Source of the DNA: an uncultured Chloroflexia bacterium
GTDB taxonomy: Bacteria > Chloroflexota > Dehalococcoidia > DSTF01 > JALHUB01
Assembly (NCBI GenBank): GCA_963703345.1
Contig: OY969814.1
Location: 1,376,001-1,440,000 of the forward strand
Direction: 5' to 3'
DNA: 64,000 nucleotides
Below are positions 10,322 through 18,225 of the stretch, in pieces (positions within the stretch are counted from its first letter, which is position 1; each line of letters begins with the position of its first letter). The notes under the pieces were generated by a model that searched no databases, had not been told where the DNA came from, and saw only the letters and a program-made list of their open reading frames with translations. Made by a program: the position numbers and the translations under genes.

Positions 10322-10397
10322 CGACCCATTGCCCCCTTTGCAGCCGCCACAAACGGCCGCACTTTCGCCAGATCTTTCCGTCCTCTTGTCAAGCGTC

Positions 10398-11201
10398 TCA
10401 TCGGCCCGCATCTCGATAGCGAACAAGCGTCCGCACGTAGTCCTTGAGCCGGTCGTCCACCTCGCCCGGAGGCGACGCGTCGATGATGTCGACGACGGCG
10501 CTGCCGACAACCGCCGCGTCGGCTAGGCCGTGAAGCGACCGCAGGTGCTCCGGCCGCGAGACGCCGAAGCCAACGGCCAGCGGCAGCGACGTATGCCTGC
10601 GCACGCGGGCGAGGAAATCGGGCAGGGCGGCAGGCAGTTGCGCCCTGGCGCCGGTGACGCCGGCGACGCTCACGCAGTAGATGAAGCCCGATGCCCGGGC
10701 CGCGATTCGCCTAATGCGGTCGTCGTCTGAACTGGGGGCGACAAGCAGGATGTTGTCGATGGCGGCCGCCTGACAGCGAGCTCGTAGCTCCGCTCCCTCT
10801 TCCGGCGGCAGATCGACGACGATCAGACCATCCACGCCTGCTGCGGTCGCTTCCTCGACGAAGGCGTCGGCGCCAAAAGCGAGGATCGGGTTGGCGTAGC
10901 TCATGAGGATGAGAGGGATGTCGGCGGCCTCGCGGCGGACCTGCTTGGCGATGTCGAGGCAACGCGCCGTTGATGTTCCCGCCTCCAATGCTCGGAAGCT
11001 AGCCTTCTGTATGGTCGCCCCATCGGCGACGGGATCGCTGAACGGGATGCCGAGCTCGATCATGTCGGCGCCGCCCTCGGCCAGGGCTTCGGCGATGGAC
11101 AGGGTCTGGCTGGGATGGGGGAAGCCGCAGGTCACGTAGGCGACCAGCGCCAGGCGTCCCTCCGCCTTTGTCTTGGCCAGCGTGTCGCTAATGCGTCCCA
11201 T
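10398..11201 (-). CDS. trpA: Tryptophan synthase alpha chain
   Basis: [30 protein letters not shown]. Confidence 0.97.
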   Translation of the reverse strand: MGRISDTLAKTKAEGRLALVAYVTCGFPHPSQTLSIAEALAEGGADMIELGIPFSDPVADGATIQKASFRALEAGTSTARCLDIAKQVRREAADIPLILMSYANPILAFGADAFVEEATAAGVDGLIVVDLPPEEGAELRARCQAAAIDNILLVAPSSDDDRIRRIAARASGFIYCVSVAGVTGARAQLPAALPDFLARVRRHTSLPLAVGFGVSRPEHLRSLHGLADAAVVGSAVVDIIDASPPGEVDDRLKDYVRTLVRYRDAGR

Positions 11202-11421
11202 AGTGATGCAGGCTGCTCAGAGGGCCGGGCCTAAGTATACGACATCGACGACTCATTGCGGTCCCGTAGGCCGGAGAGTTAGACTTCAGGGCATTTCGGC
11301 CGCATATTTCGTTGGCGAATTCACTGTTTCTTAACGCCTGTTGGTCGGGCGTTAAAACGGGAGCGCTACGATGAAAAAGTGATCGTTATGGATGCAGTTT
11401 GCGGCGTTAGGAGGAATGCAG

Positions 11422-11631
11422 ATGGTGAGGTGGAACCGCAACCTGGCCGAGGAGGACGCAGACCCCACGCGCTTGCTCTTTCTTAGAAGGTGGGCGCGGG
11501 AAAGGAAGAAGGCGGACCTGGCAGGCAGACGGTACGACCGCGTCCTGCTGATCGCCATGGCGAACGCCGGGTTCGCGCGCTACCGGCTGGTCGACGAAGT
11601 CATCCCGGGGAGTCAGCGTCGCGTCGCCTGA
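11422..11631 (+). CDS. Small hypothetical protein
   Basis: AGGAGG 7 nt before ATG 11422; fills the gap between trpA and the RRM gene. No recognisable motif. Confidence 0.45.
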   Translation: MVRWNRNLAEEDADPTRLLFLRRWARERKKADLAGRRYDRVLLIAMANAGFARYRLVDEVIPGSQRRVA

Positions 11632-11660
11632 GCGACGGAGAAACGACCAGCCAAAGGTCG

Positions 11661-12023
11661 CTATTTCGAAATCCGTCTGCTCTTCGGGATTGGGTTCTCT
11701 ACCGGCCTTTGGAGCTGTGCACGCGACGGTTTTCGCAGCTTGCTGCTCCCGCCGCGTGCGGTCTGGCGGCCGAGGTCCGACAACGGACGATCCACTGCGA
11801 CGTCGATGGTTTGTCCTCTCAGTTCCACGCCTTTCAGGGTCTGCACGGCGATGGCGGCGGCCCTTTGATCAAGGTCGACAAGAGCGAAGCCGCGCGCGTG
11901 GCCGGCCTGATCGCGGGCTATCCGCAGGGAGCCGATCTCGCCGAAGGCCGAGAAGACGGTCTGTAAGTCACTGGCGGTGGTCTTAGGGGACAAGTTCCCC
12001 ACAAGTAGCGTGGTCACTTGCAT
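11661..12023 (-). CDS. RNA-binding protein (single RRM/RNP domain with a basic tail)
   Basis: RNP2 LLVGNL and RNP1 RGFALV; AGGAGG SD. Confidence 0.88.
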   Translation of the reverse strand: MQVTTLLVGNLSPKTTASDLQTVFSAFGEIGSLRIARDQAGHARGFALVDLDQRAAAIAVQTLKGVELRGQTIDVAVDRPLSDLGRQTARGGSSKLRKPSRAQLQRPVENPIPKSRRISK

Positions 12024-12125
12024 TCCTCCTCTGCGGGGCGGGCTGCGCCACCGCGGCGTCGAAGCTCGCGGCTCCGACGCCTCTTCCCTTACCCAGGACT
12101 CCGTGTTTGGATCGGCGGGTCGGGC

Positions 12126-12449
12126 CTAGTAGCGGTTGCGAACCGGCGAGCGCTGGGAAAAGCAATCGCTGCAGTACACAGGGCGGTCTCCGCGCGGTTC
12201 GAATGGAACCTCAGTGTTCTTGCCGCACTGAGCGCAAACAGCCGCGTGCATTTGGCGTGCAGAACTGCCGTAGCCTCCGCCATAGCTTCGGCCACCGTCG
12301 CGCTCCGACTTACGGGCGGAACGACAACCGGAGCAACGTTTTGGCTCATTGGTGAAGCCGCGGCTGGCGTGGTACTCTTGGTCCTCAGCTGAGAACGTGA
12401 ATTGGGCGCCGCAATCGACGCAGGTTAGGGTTCGGTCACTGTAGGGCAC
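12126..12449 (-). CDS. Double zinc-ribbon protein (zf-trcl domain plus CxxC-x17-CxxC)
   Basis: DRTLTCVDCG.QFTFS..PKRCSGCR and CAQCGK..VPFEP..RPVYCSDCF; AAGGAGG SD, GTG start. Confidence 0.9.
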   Translation of the reverse strand: MPYSDRTLTCVDCGAQFTFSAEDQEYHASRGFTNEPKRCSGCRSARKSERDGGRSYGGGYGSSARQMHAAVCAQCGKNTEVPFEPRGDRPVYCSDCFSQRSPVRNRY

Positions 12450-12552
12450 TCGACGACCTCCTTCAAGGGGTCTGCTGTTCCTCGTCGCCGAGTGCAAAAC
12501 AAGACTGGGGATGCGTTGCAGATCGAAGAGAGGGGTTACTTCTTACTGAGCC

Positions 12553-12581
12553 AGTATAACACACTTGGCCCCCGTTGTCAC
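12553..12581 (-). promoter_or_regulatory. Putative promoter of the zinc-ribbon/RRM transcript
   Basis: GTGACA-17 bp-TATACT with extended -10 TG. Confidence 0.6.
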
Positions 12582-12673
12582 GCGGCACCGGTGAGCCCGG
12601 CACTTCCGACTCCCTTCATATCAATTGTCGGCAGAGCTGCCGATCGCGAGGAGAGGTGGCGCGCGGTGCGCAT

Positions 12674-12702
12674 TTGCTATCTTCCAGGATATGTGCTAAA
12701 GT
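12674..12702 (+). promoter_or_regulatory. Putative promoter of the DEAD-box helicase transcript
   Basis: TTGCTA-17 bp-TAAAGT with extended -10 TG. Confidence 0.55.
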
Positions 12703-12790
12703 GAGGCATCTAGATTCCTAGTCCTCTTATGCGGAGCCTCTGGTTCATACAGCACTAGACGACCGGGAGCACAAAACAAGGAGGTCGTCA

Positions 12791-12832
12791 GTGTCATTTT
12801 TCTCAAAGACGCTCGCGAGCGTCTCTTGCTAG
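12791..12832 (+). other. 13-codon upstream ORF (MSFFSKTLASVSC), probably a degenerate zinc-ribbon gene start
   Basis: AAGGAGG SD, GTG start, TAG stop; resembles MPYSDRTLTCVDC. Confidence 0.5.
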
Positions 12833-12954
12833 TCGGCAGCAACTTACGCAATAGAGCCCAACCGTCCCAGGTCAATCGCTTCGTCACGAACGCCTCGGCA
12901 TCGACCCCATCAGCTTCGAAACCCCAAGAGTCGCCAGAACAGCAACGAAAGGCC

Positions 12955-14148
12955 ATGCCTTTGACATCGTTCCATGACTTCGCGCTTCGCCCTTCCTCTA
13001 TGAAGGTGCTGGAGGCGATGCGCATCGACGAGCCCACGCCAATACAGGCCGCCGCCATGCCTCCATTGTTGGAGGGTCGGGACGTCATCGGGCAGGCTTG
13101 CACGGGATCGGGCAAGACCCTCGCGTTTGCGCTCCCGCTAATCGACGCTGTCGATGAGCGAAGCAGCGCTCTCCAGGCCCTCGTCCTAGTCCCGACGCGC
13201 GAGCTTGCCCAGCAGGTCGGCGGCGTGATCAAGCAGCTTTCGGCCGGCACGAGCATGCGGCTGGCCGTCCTGTACGGCGGGCAGGCCATCGGACCGCAGC
13301 AGGAAACGCTTCGACGCGGCTGCCAGATCGTCGTCGGCACTCCCGGCCGAATACTGGACCTCCTGGCCCGACGGTCGCTACAGTTTCATGCCCTGAAGTA
13401 CCTCGTCCTCGACGAGGCGGATGAGATGCTCGATCGCGGGTTCGCCCCCGACGTCGAGCGGATCGTCGCCGCGACGCCGCGCGAGCGGCAGACCAGCCTC
13501 TTCTCCGCCACGACTCCGGAATGGGTCCAGGACGTGGCGGCCCGTTACCTGAAGAGCCCTGAAGTCATCCAGATGAACCCGGACGCCGGCGACGGCCTGA
13601 GCATCGAGCATGAAGTCTGCGAAGTATGGCATGAAGAGAAGTTCACCGTCCTCCGCAAGCTGCTCGATCAGGAAACCGAGGGCGCCACTCTCGTCTTTGG
13701 GCGCACCAAACACGGAGTCCGCAATCTGGGGCAGAAACTCATTCGCCTGGGCTATGCTGCCGACGTGCTGCAGGGCAATCTCTCGCAGCAGCAGCGAGAT
13801 CAAGTGGTCAAGCGATTCCGTGAAGGCGCCACGCCGATCCTGGTTGCCACCAACGTCGCCGCGCGCGGCCTGGACGTGCTCCACATCGGTCGAGTCATCA
13901 ACTACGAGCTTCCGGAGACCCACGAGCTATTCACGCATCGCGTCGGTCGCACAGGCCGCATGGGGCGTGCCGGCCGGGCGATCACGCTGCTCGGCCCGGC
14001 GGACCTGCCGAAGTGGCATGAGATCGAGAGGGGCCTGGGCAGGAAGCTTCCCCGCGTTACGCCGGAAGGGAACCCCGTCCCGGTGATAGTGTCCTCGGCG
14101 CCCACCCGGAGCCGACGCCGCGGCCGGCGCTTCGGCTCACGAGCCTAG
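12955..14148 (+). CDS. DEAD-box RNA helicase
   Basis: TGSGKT, PTRELA, TPGR, DEAD, SAT, ARGLD, HRVGRTGR. Confidence 0.96.
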   Translation: MPLTSFHDFALRPSSMKVLEAMRIDEPTPIQAAAMPPLLEGRDVIGQACTGSGKTLAFALPLIDAVDERSSALQALVLVPTRELAQQVGGVIKQLSAGTSMRLAVLYGGQAIGPQQETLRRGCQIVVGTPGRILDLLARRSLQFHALKYLVLDEADEMLDRGFAPDVERIVAATPRERQTSLFSATTPEWVQDVAARYLKSPEVIQMNPDAGDGLSIEHEVCEVWHEEKFTVLRKLLDQETEGATLVFGRTKHGVRNLGQKLIRLGYAADVLQGNLSQQQRDQVVKRFREGATPILVATNVAARGLDVLHIGRVINYELPETHELFTHRVGRTGRMGRAGRAITLLGPADLPKWHEIERGLGRKLPRVTPEGNPVPVIVSSAPTRSRRRGRRFGSRA

Positions 14149-14178
14149 AGGGGCCGCGCGATCGCGGAATCGGGGCTC

Positions 14179-14254
14179 TGGTACCCCCAGGGGAAATCGA
14201 ATCCCCGTTTCCACCTTGAAAGGGTGGCGTCCTAGGCCACTAGACGATGGGGGC
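14179..14254 (-). tRNA. tRNA-Glu (UUC)
   Basis: GCCCCCATCGTCTAGTGG..CCACC-CT-TTC-AA-GGTGG..TTCGA..GGGGGTACCA. Confidence 0.93.
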
Positions 14255-14406
14255 CCCAGGCCAAGTCTAGCATGCATCAACGCGATCCGTAAACGGCGAC
14301 AGGCTCTCCGCCGCCTTGACCTTCCTCCCGCTAACGTCTACGCTATTCGTAAGTTGACTGCGTTATGGACTTGTTCAACAACCTTCGCCAAGGGAGGTCC
14401 CTAAAT

Positions 14407-15159
14407 ATGAGCCGCCCATTCCTCATTTTGCCCCTGCTCCTCGCCGTCGTCCTCGTTGCCTGCGGCGGGGGAAGCAGCACATCGACGCCGGCGCCCGGCT
14501 CGACTGATCAGTCGTCGCAAGGCACGCCTGCGGCCGCACCGACCGAAAGCGGCACGCCCGTCCCGGACCCATTCGCCTCTCTCAACAGCTATCGCTATGA
14601 CATGGATCTCGCCGCGGACGGCTCGACCAGCATCAAGATCAGCGGCACAGTCAAGAACCCCGATGGCATTCGCATGGACTTCTACCTGGCTGATTCGACG
14701 ACGCCCATAAGCTCGCTGGTCATAGTCGGCTCGGAAGCATGGACGCAGAACGAGGGCGACACCAGTTGGCAGACTTTGAGCCTGGCGGAGGCGCAGGGCG
14801 AGGTGATGGGCCTTATGCCGAAGGACTTCTGGGGCAGCTTTCCAATCGACAAGCTCGTCGCGCTAAGCAAAGACCAGGGCCAGGAGAACGTGAACGGCGT
14901 CCAGGCGCACCACTATCAGATTAGCGAGGTCGACGCCGACACAATGGCGAAGCTCGCCGAGATATTCGGCGGCAACGGAGAGTCAGACCAGCCGACTAGC
15001 TTCAGCATGGACCTGTGGCGTGTCGACAGCGGCGGCTGGCCCGCAAAGGCAACCATCAACGTCGGCTATCCGCCGGGCGGAGAAGTGACGCAGGGCCAGA
15101 TCACGTGGGAAGTCAAGGACGTCAACGCCGTCACGGAATCGATTGTGCCGCCGCAGTAG
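14407..15159 (+). CDS. Lipoprotein (LppX/LprAFG-like, low confidence for the fold)
   Basis: Signal peptide with lipobox LVAC, a P/T/S-rich linker and a beta-rich domain; lies upstream of lspA. Confidence 0.75.
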   Translation: MSRPFLILPLLLAVVLVACGGGSSTSTPAPGSTDQSSQGTPAAAPTESGTPVPDPFASLNSYRYDMDLAADGSTSIKISGTVKNPDGIRMDFYLADSTTPISSLVIVGSEAWTQNEGDTSWQTLSLAEAQGEVMGLMPKDFWGSFPIDKLVALSKDQGQENVNGVQAHHYQISEVDADTMAKLAEIFGGNGESDQPTSFSMDLWRVDSGGWPAKATINVGYPPGGEVTQGQITWEVKDVNAVTESIVPPQ

Positions 15160-15313
15160 CCTGCTCGTGAAAGCGATGACAGCAGGGTCGGGCCGTCGGG
15201 CTCGACCCTCGCTTTGCCGCCCGGTAATAGCGTTCGTTTCATTGCCACCCTTCGCTTGCCGATGCTATGATCAAAGCTGACGTGAATAGCACCTGCCGGA
15301 CACGCAGCCGCCG

Positions 15314-15844
15314 ATGGAAAGCACAATGATCGAGACGCAACAACCGGCCTCCGCGGGCCACAGCCGCCTCTGGCTGCGACTCCGCAAAGACGCGCCTTTC
15401 TTCCTGGTCGCCGCCGCCGTGTTCGCCCTCGATCAGCTTACGAAATATCTCGTGCGCGCCAACATGCACCTCGGCGAGTCCTTCCCGGATAGCGGCCCCA
15501 TGCGAATCGTGCGAGTGACCAACACCGGCGCGGCGTTCGGCATGTTCCAGGGGCAAACGTACTTTCTCACGGTAACGACTCTGCTGGGTCTCGGCGCCAT
15601 CCTCCTGTACTATCTATACCCGCCCATGGACAACCGCATCCTGCGCATCGCCCTGGGACTTCAGCTCGGCGGCGCCATCGGCAACCTGAGCGACCGCCTG
15701 CGCGTCGGCGAAGTGACCGACTTCATCCAGTGGCCGCACTGGCCTGCTTTCAACGTCGCCGACTCCTCGATCACCGTCGGCGTCGTCGCCATCGTCGTCT
15801 TCCTTACCCTCAGTGACACGATATGGCGGAAGAAAGAGACCTGA
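15314..15844 (+). CDS. lspA: Lipoprotein signal peptidase II
   Basis: DQLTK, NTGAAFG, GGAIGNL.DR, DFI, FNVADS. Confidence 0.95.
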   Translation: MESTMIETQQPASAGHSRLWLRLRKDAPFFLVAAAVFALDQLTKYLVRANMHLGESFPDSGPMRIVRVTNTGAAFGMFQGQTYFLTVTTLLGLGAILLYYLYPPMDNRILRIALGLQLGGAIGNLSDRLRVGEVTDFIQWPHWPAFNVADSSITVGVVAIVVFLTLSDTIWRKKET

Positions 15845-16758
15845 CGGAGCAGAGCTTCCGCCTCGCCGTCCAGGGAGAGGACGGCAAACGGCTCGACGTC
15901 TTCATTGCCGCCCGCTGCCCCGGTCTCTCGCGCTCTCAGGCCCGACGGCTGATCGAAGAAGGCCTGGCGACCGTCAACGGGCGCCGGGCCAGACCCTCGT
16001 ACGCGCTTCGGCCCGCCGACGTGGTCGACGTCCGCGTCCGGGCGTCCGAATCCACGGCGCCGCAACCCGAAGCCATCCCCCTGCGCATCATCTACGAAGA
16101 CAGCGACATCCTGGTCGTGGACAAGCCCGCCGGCGTCGCGGTCCATCCTGGTCCCGGCCAGGCGCGTCATACACTCGTGAACGCCCTTCTGGCCCGCTAC
16201 CCGGACCTCGCCGGCACGGGCGAGGCGCTGCGACCCGGCGTCGTCCACCGGCTCGACAAGGACACGTCCGGTCTCCTCCTCGTGGCCCGGAATGAGCGGG
16301 CGCACGCGGACCTGTCGCGCCAGTTGAAGGAGCGTCTCGTGGAGAAGCGGTACCTGGCGCTCGTGACCGGACGCCTGGAACCGGCAGAAGGCGTCATCGA
16401 GGGCGACATCGGCCGCGACCCACGGAACCGCAAGCGCATGGCCATCGTCGAAGGAGGACGGCCCTCGAGGACGGCCTATACCGTGCGCGAACGTCTGGAC
16501 GGCTTCACCCTCGTCGAAGTCGCGCCGTCAACGGGTCGAACTCACCAGATACGCGTTCATCTCGCCGGTGTCGGGCATCCCATCGTCGGCGACGCGCTTT
16601 ACGGCAGGCGTTCGACACTCGTGGGACGTCAGTTCCTGCACGCCTGGCGCATCGCCTTCCGCCATCCCGCCGACGGCCGGCCAATGGCGTTCGAGTCGCC
16701 GCTGCCCGCCGACCTGGCCGAGGCGCTGCGAGTCATCGGAGCGACGGTCCCAAGCTGA
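15823..16758 (+). CDS. rluD: RluA/RluD-family pseudouridine synthase with S4 domain
   Basis: RLD..SRS S4 domain, VDKPAG, HRLDKDTSG, TGRTHQIRVH. Confidence 0.9.
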   Translation: MAEERDLTEQSFRLAVQGEDGKRLDVFIAARCPGLSRSQARRLIEEGLATVNGRRARPSYALRPADVVDVRVRASESTAPQPEAIPLRIIYEDSDILVVDKPAGVAVHPGPGQARHTLVNALLARYPDLAGTGEALRPGVVHRLDKDTSGLLLVARNERAHADLSRQLKERLVEKRYLALVTGRLEPAEGVIEGDIGRDPRNRKRMAIVEGGRPSRTAYTVRERLDGFTLVEVAPSTGRTHQIRVHLAGVGHPIVGDALYGRRSTLVGRQFLHAWRIAFRHPADGRPMAFESPLPADLAEALRVIGATVPS

Positions 16759-16788
16759 ATCGCAGTCAGCGCGCAGGGAGGTGCGAAC

Positions 16789-17706
16789 GTGACGCAGAGT
16801 GAACTGAACGTCATCACCGGCGCCTTCGGCTACACCGGCCGCTACATCACGGAGCGATTGCTGGCGCAGGGAAAGCGCATCCGGACGCTTACCGGCCATC
16901 CGGATCGTCCCAATCCCTTCGGCGACCGTGTCGAGGCCCTCCCGTTCAACTTCGACCTCCCAGCCGAGCTTATCGAAAGCCTGCGCGGCGCAACGACTCT
17001 CTTCAACACCTACTGGGTCCGCTTCTCCCACGGCGAGACCACGTTCGATGAGGCCGTCGCCAACACGAGAACGCTGATTCGCGCCGCCGAAGAGGCGGGC
17101 GTCCGCAGAATCGTCCACGTCAGCATCACCAAGGCCTCCGAGCAGTCGCGGCTGCCCTATTTTCGCGGCAAAGGCGTGCTCGAACGGGCGATAGCGGAGT
17201 CGAAGCTGTCCTACGCCATCATCCGGCCGACGGTCATCTTTGGCAGGGAAGGCATTCTCATCAACAACATCGCCTGGCTCCTGCGGCGCTTCCCCGTCTT
17301 CGCCGTCCTGGGAAGCGGCGACTACCGCCTGCAGCCGGTCTACGTGGAGGACATGGCCGACATGGCCGTGGCGGCGGCCGAACGCAGCGGCAACGAGGTC
17401 TTCGACGCCGTGGGCCCGGAGACCTTCACCTTCGACGCGCTCGTGCGGCTGATCAGGGACAGGATCGGAAGCCGAGCCAGGATTGTCCGTCTTCCGCCCG
17501 GCCCGGCGCTCTTCCTGTCGCGCGTCGTCGGCGTGTTCGTGCGCGACGTCGTTCTTACGGCGGACGAAGTTGCCGGCCTGATGGCGGGCCTGCTCGTCTC
17601 CAGCGCTCCTCCGACCGGCCGTACCCGCCTCAGCGACTGGCTCGACGAGAACGCCTCAACCCTCGGCACGCGCTACGCCTCCGAGCTCCAGCGCCACTAT
17701 CGCTGA
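16789..17706 (+). CDS. NAD(P)-binding epimerase/atypical SDR (NDUFA9-like)
   Basis: ITGAFGYTG Rossmann motif, Y..K, IIRPT. Confidence 0.85.
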   Translation: MTQSELNVITGAFGYTGRYITERLLAQGKRIRTLTGHPDRPNPFGDRVEALPFNFDLPAELIESLRGATTLFNTYWVRFSHGETTFDEAVANTRTLIRAAEEAGVRRIVHVSITKASEQSRLPYFRGKGVLERAIAESKLSYAIIRPTVIFGREGILINNIAWLLRRFPVFAVLGSGDYRLQPVYVEDMADMAVAAAERSGNEVFDAVGPETFTFDALVRLIRDRIGSRARIVRLPPGPALFLSRVVGVFVRDVVLTADEVAGLMAGLLVSSAPPTGRTRLSDWLDENASTLGTRYASELQRHYR

Positions 17707-17793
17707 CAAAACACTTGAGACTGGCGCTGCTTTCCACTAGAATGCTGACAATCGTCCTCGTTGAGCCCGTTCTCGCGTCACAGGGAGGTGGCA

Positions 17794-18159
17794 ATGGATC
17801 TCCTTCTCGGCCTGATAATCATAACTGCGTTCATCGTCGTGCCCGGTCTGCTCAACTACTTCACCAGTCGCTGGCTCGTCGGCGACGGCGGCGCGCCCGG
17901 ACGCTGGGAGCACGTGATTGCCGGCTTCATGCTGTCGTTCGTGCTGCTGACGGTCGCCGCGATGGTGACGATGTTCGTCAGCCTCGGCTTCGAGGGCCTG
18001 CGAACGCAAATCGCCGACTTCGTTCGCCTGGGTCTGCGCGGCTACGGCCAGGAAAGGCCCATCGCCCTGTCCGGCGTGCTCACGGCTCTCGCCCTGGCCG
18101 ACATGGCGATCATGACCGGGCTCGGCTGGGTCGGCATTCCCGGCGCCTATCTCAAGTGA
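17794..18159 (+). CDS. Hypothetical membrane protein (3 TM)
   Basis: GGGAGG SD, hydrophobic segments, upstream TTGAGA-17-TAGAAT. Confidence 0.7.
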   Translation: MDLLLGLIIITAFIVVPGLLNYFTSRWLVGDGGAPGRWEHVIAGFMLSFVLLTVAAMVTMFVSLGFEGLRTQIADFVRLGLRGYGQERPIALSGVLTALALADMAIMTGLGWVGIPGAYLK

Positions 18160-18225
18160 CCTCGCTGCTATCATAGATACGAGGCCGGGCAGACGGAGGT
18201 TGCCGCTGCGCCGGATGATGCTGCC

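Noticed and set aside
14179-15159. tRNA-Glu as an island attachment site
   Set aside because: I found no duplicated tRNA 3' end and no integrase near any of the four tRNAs.
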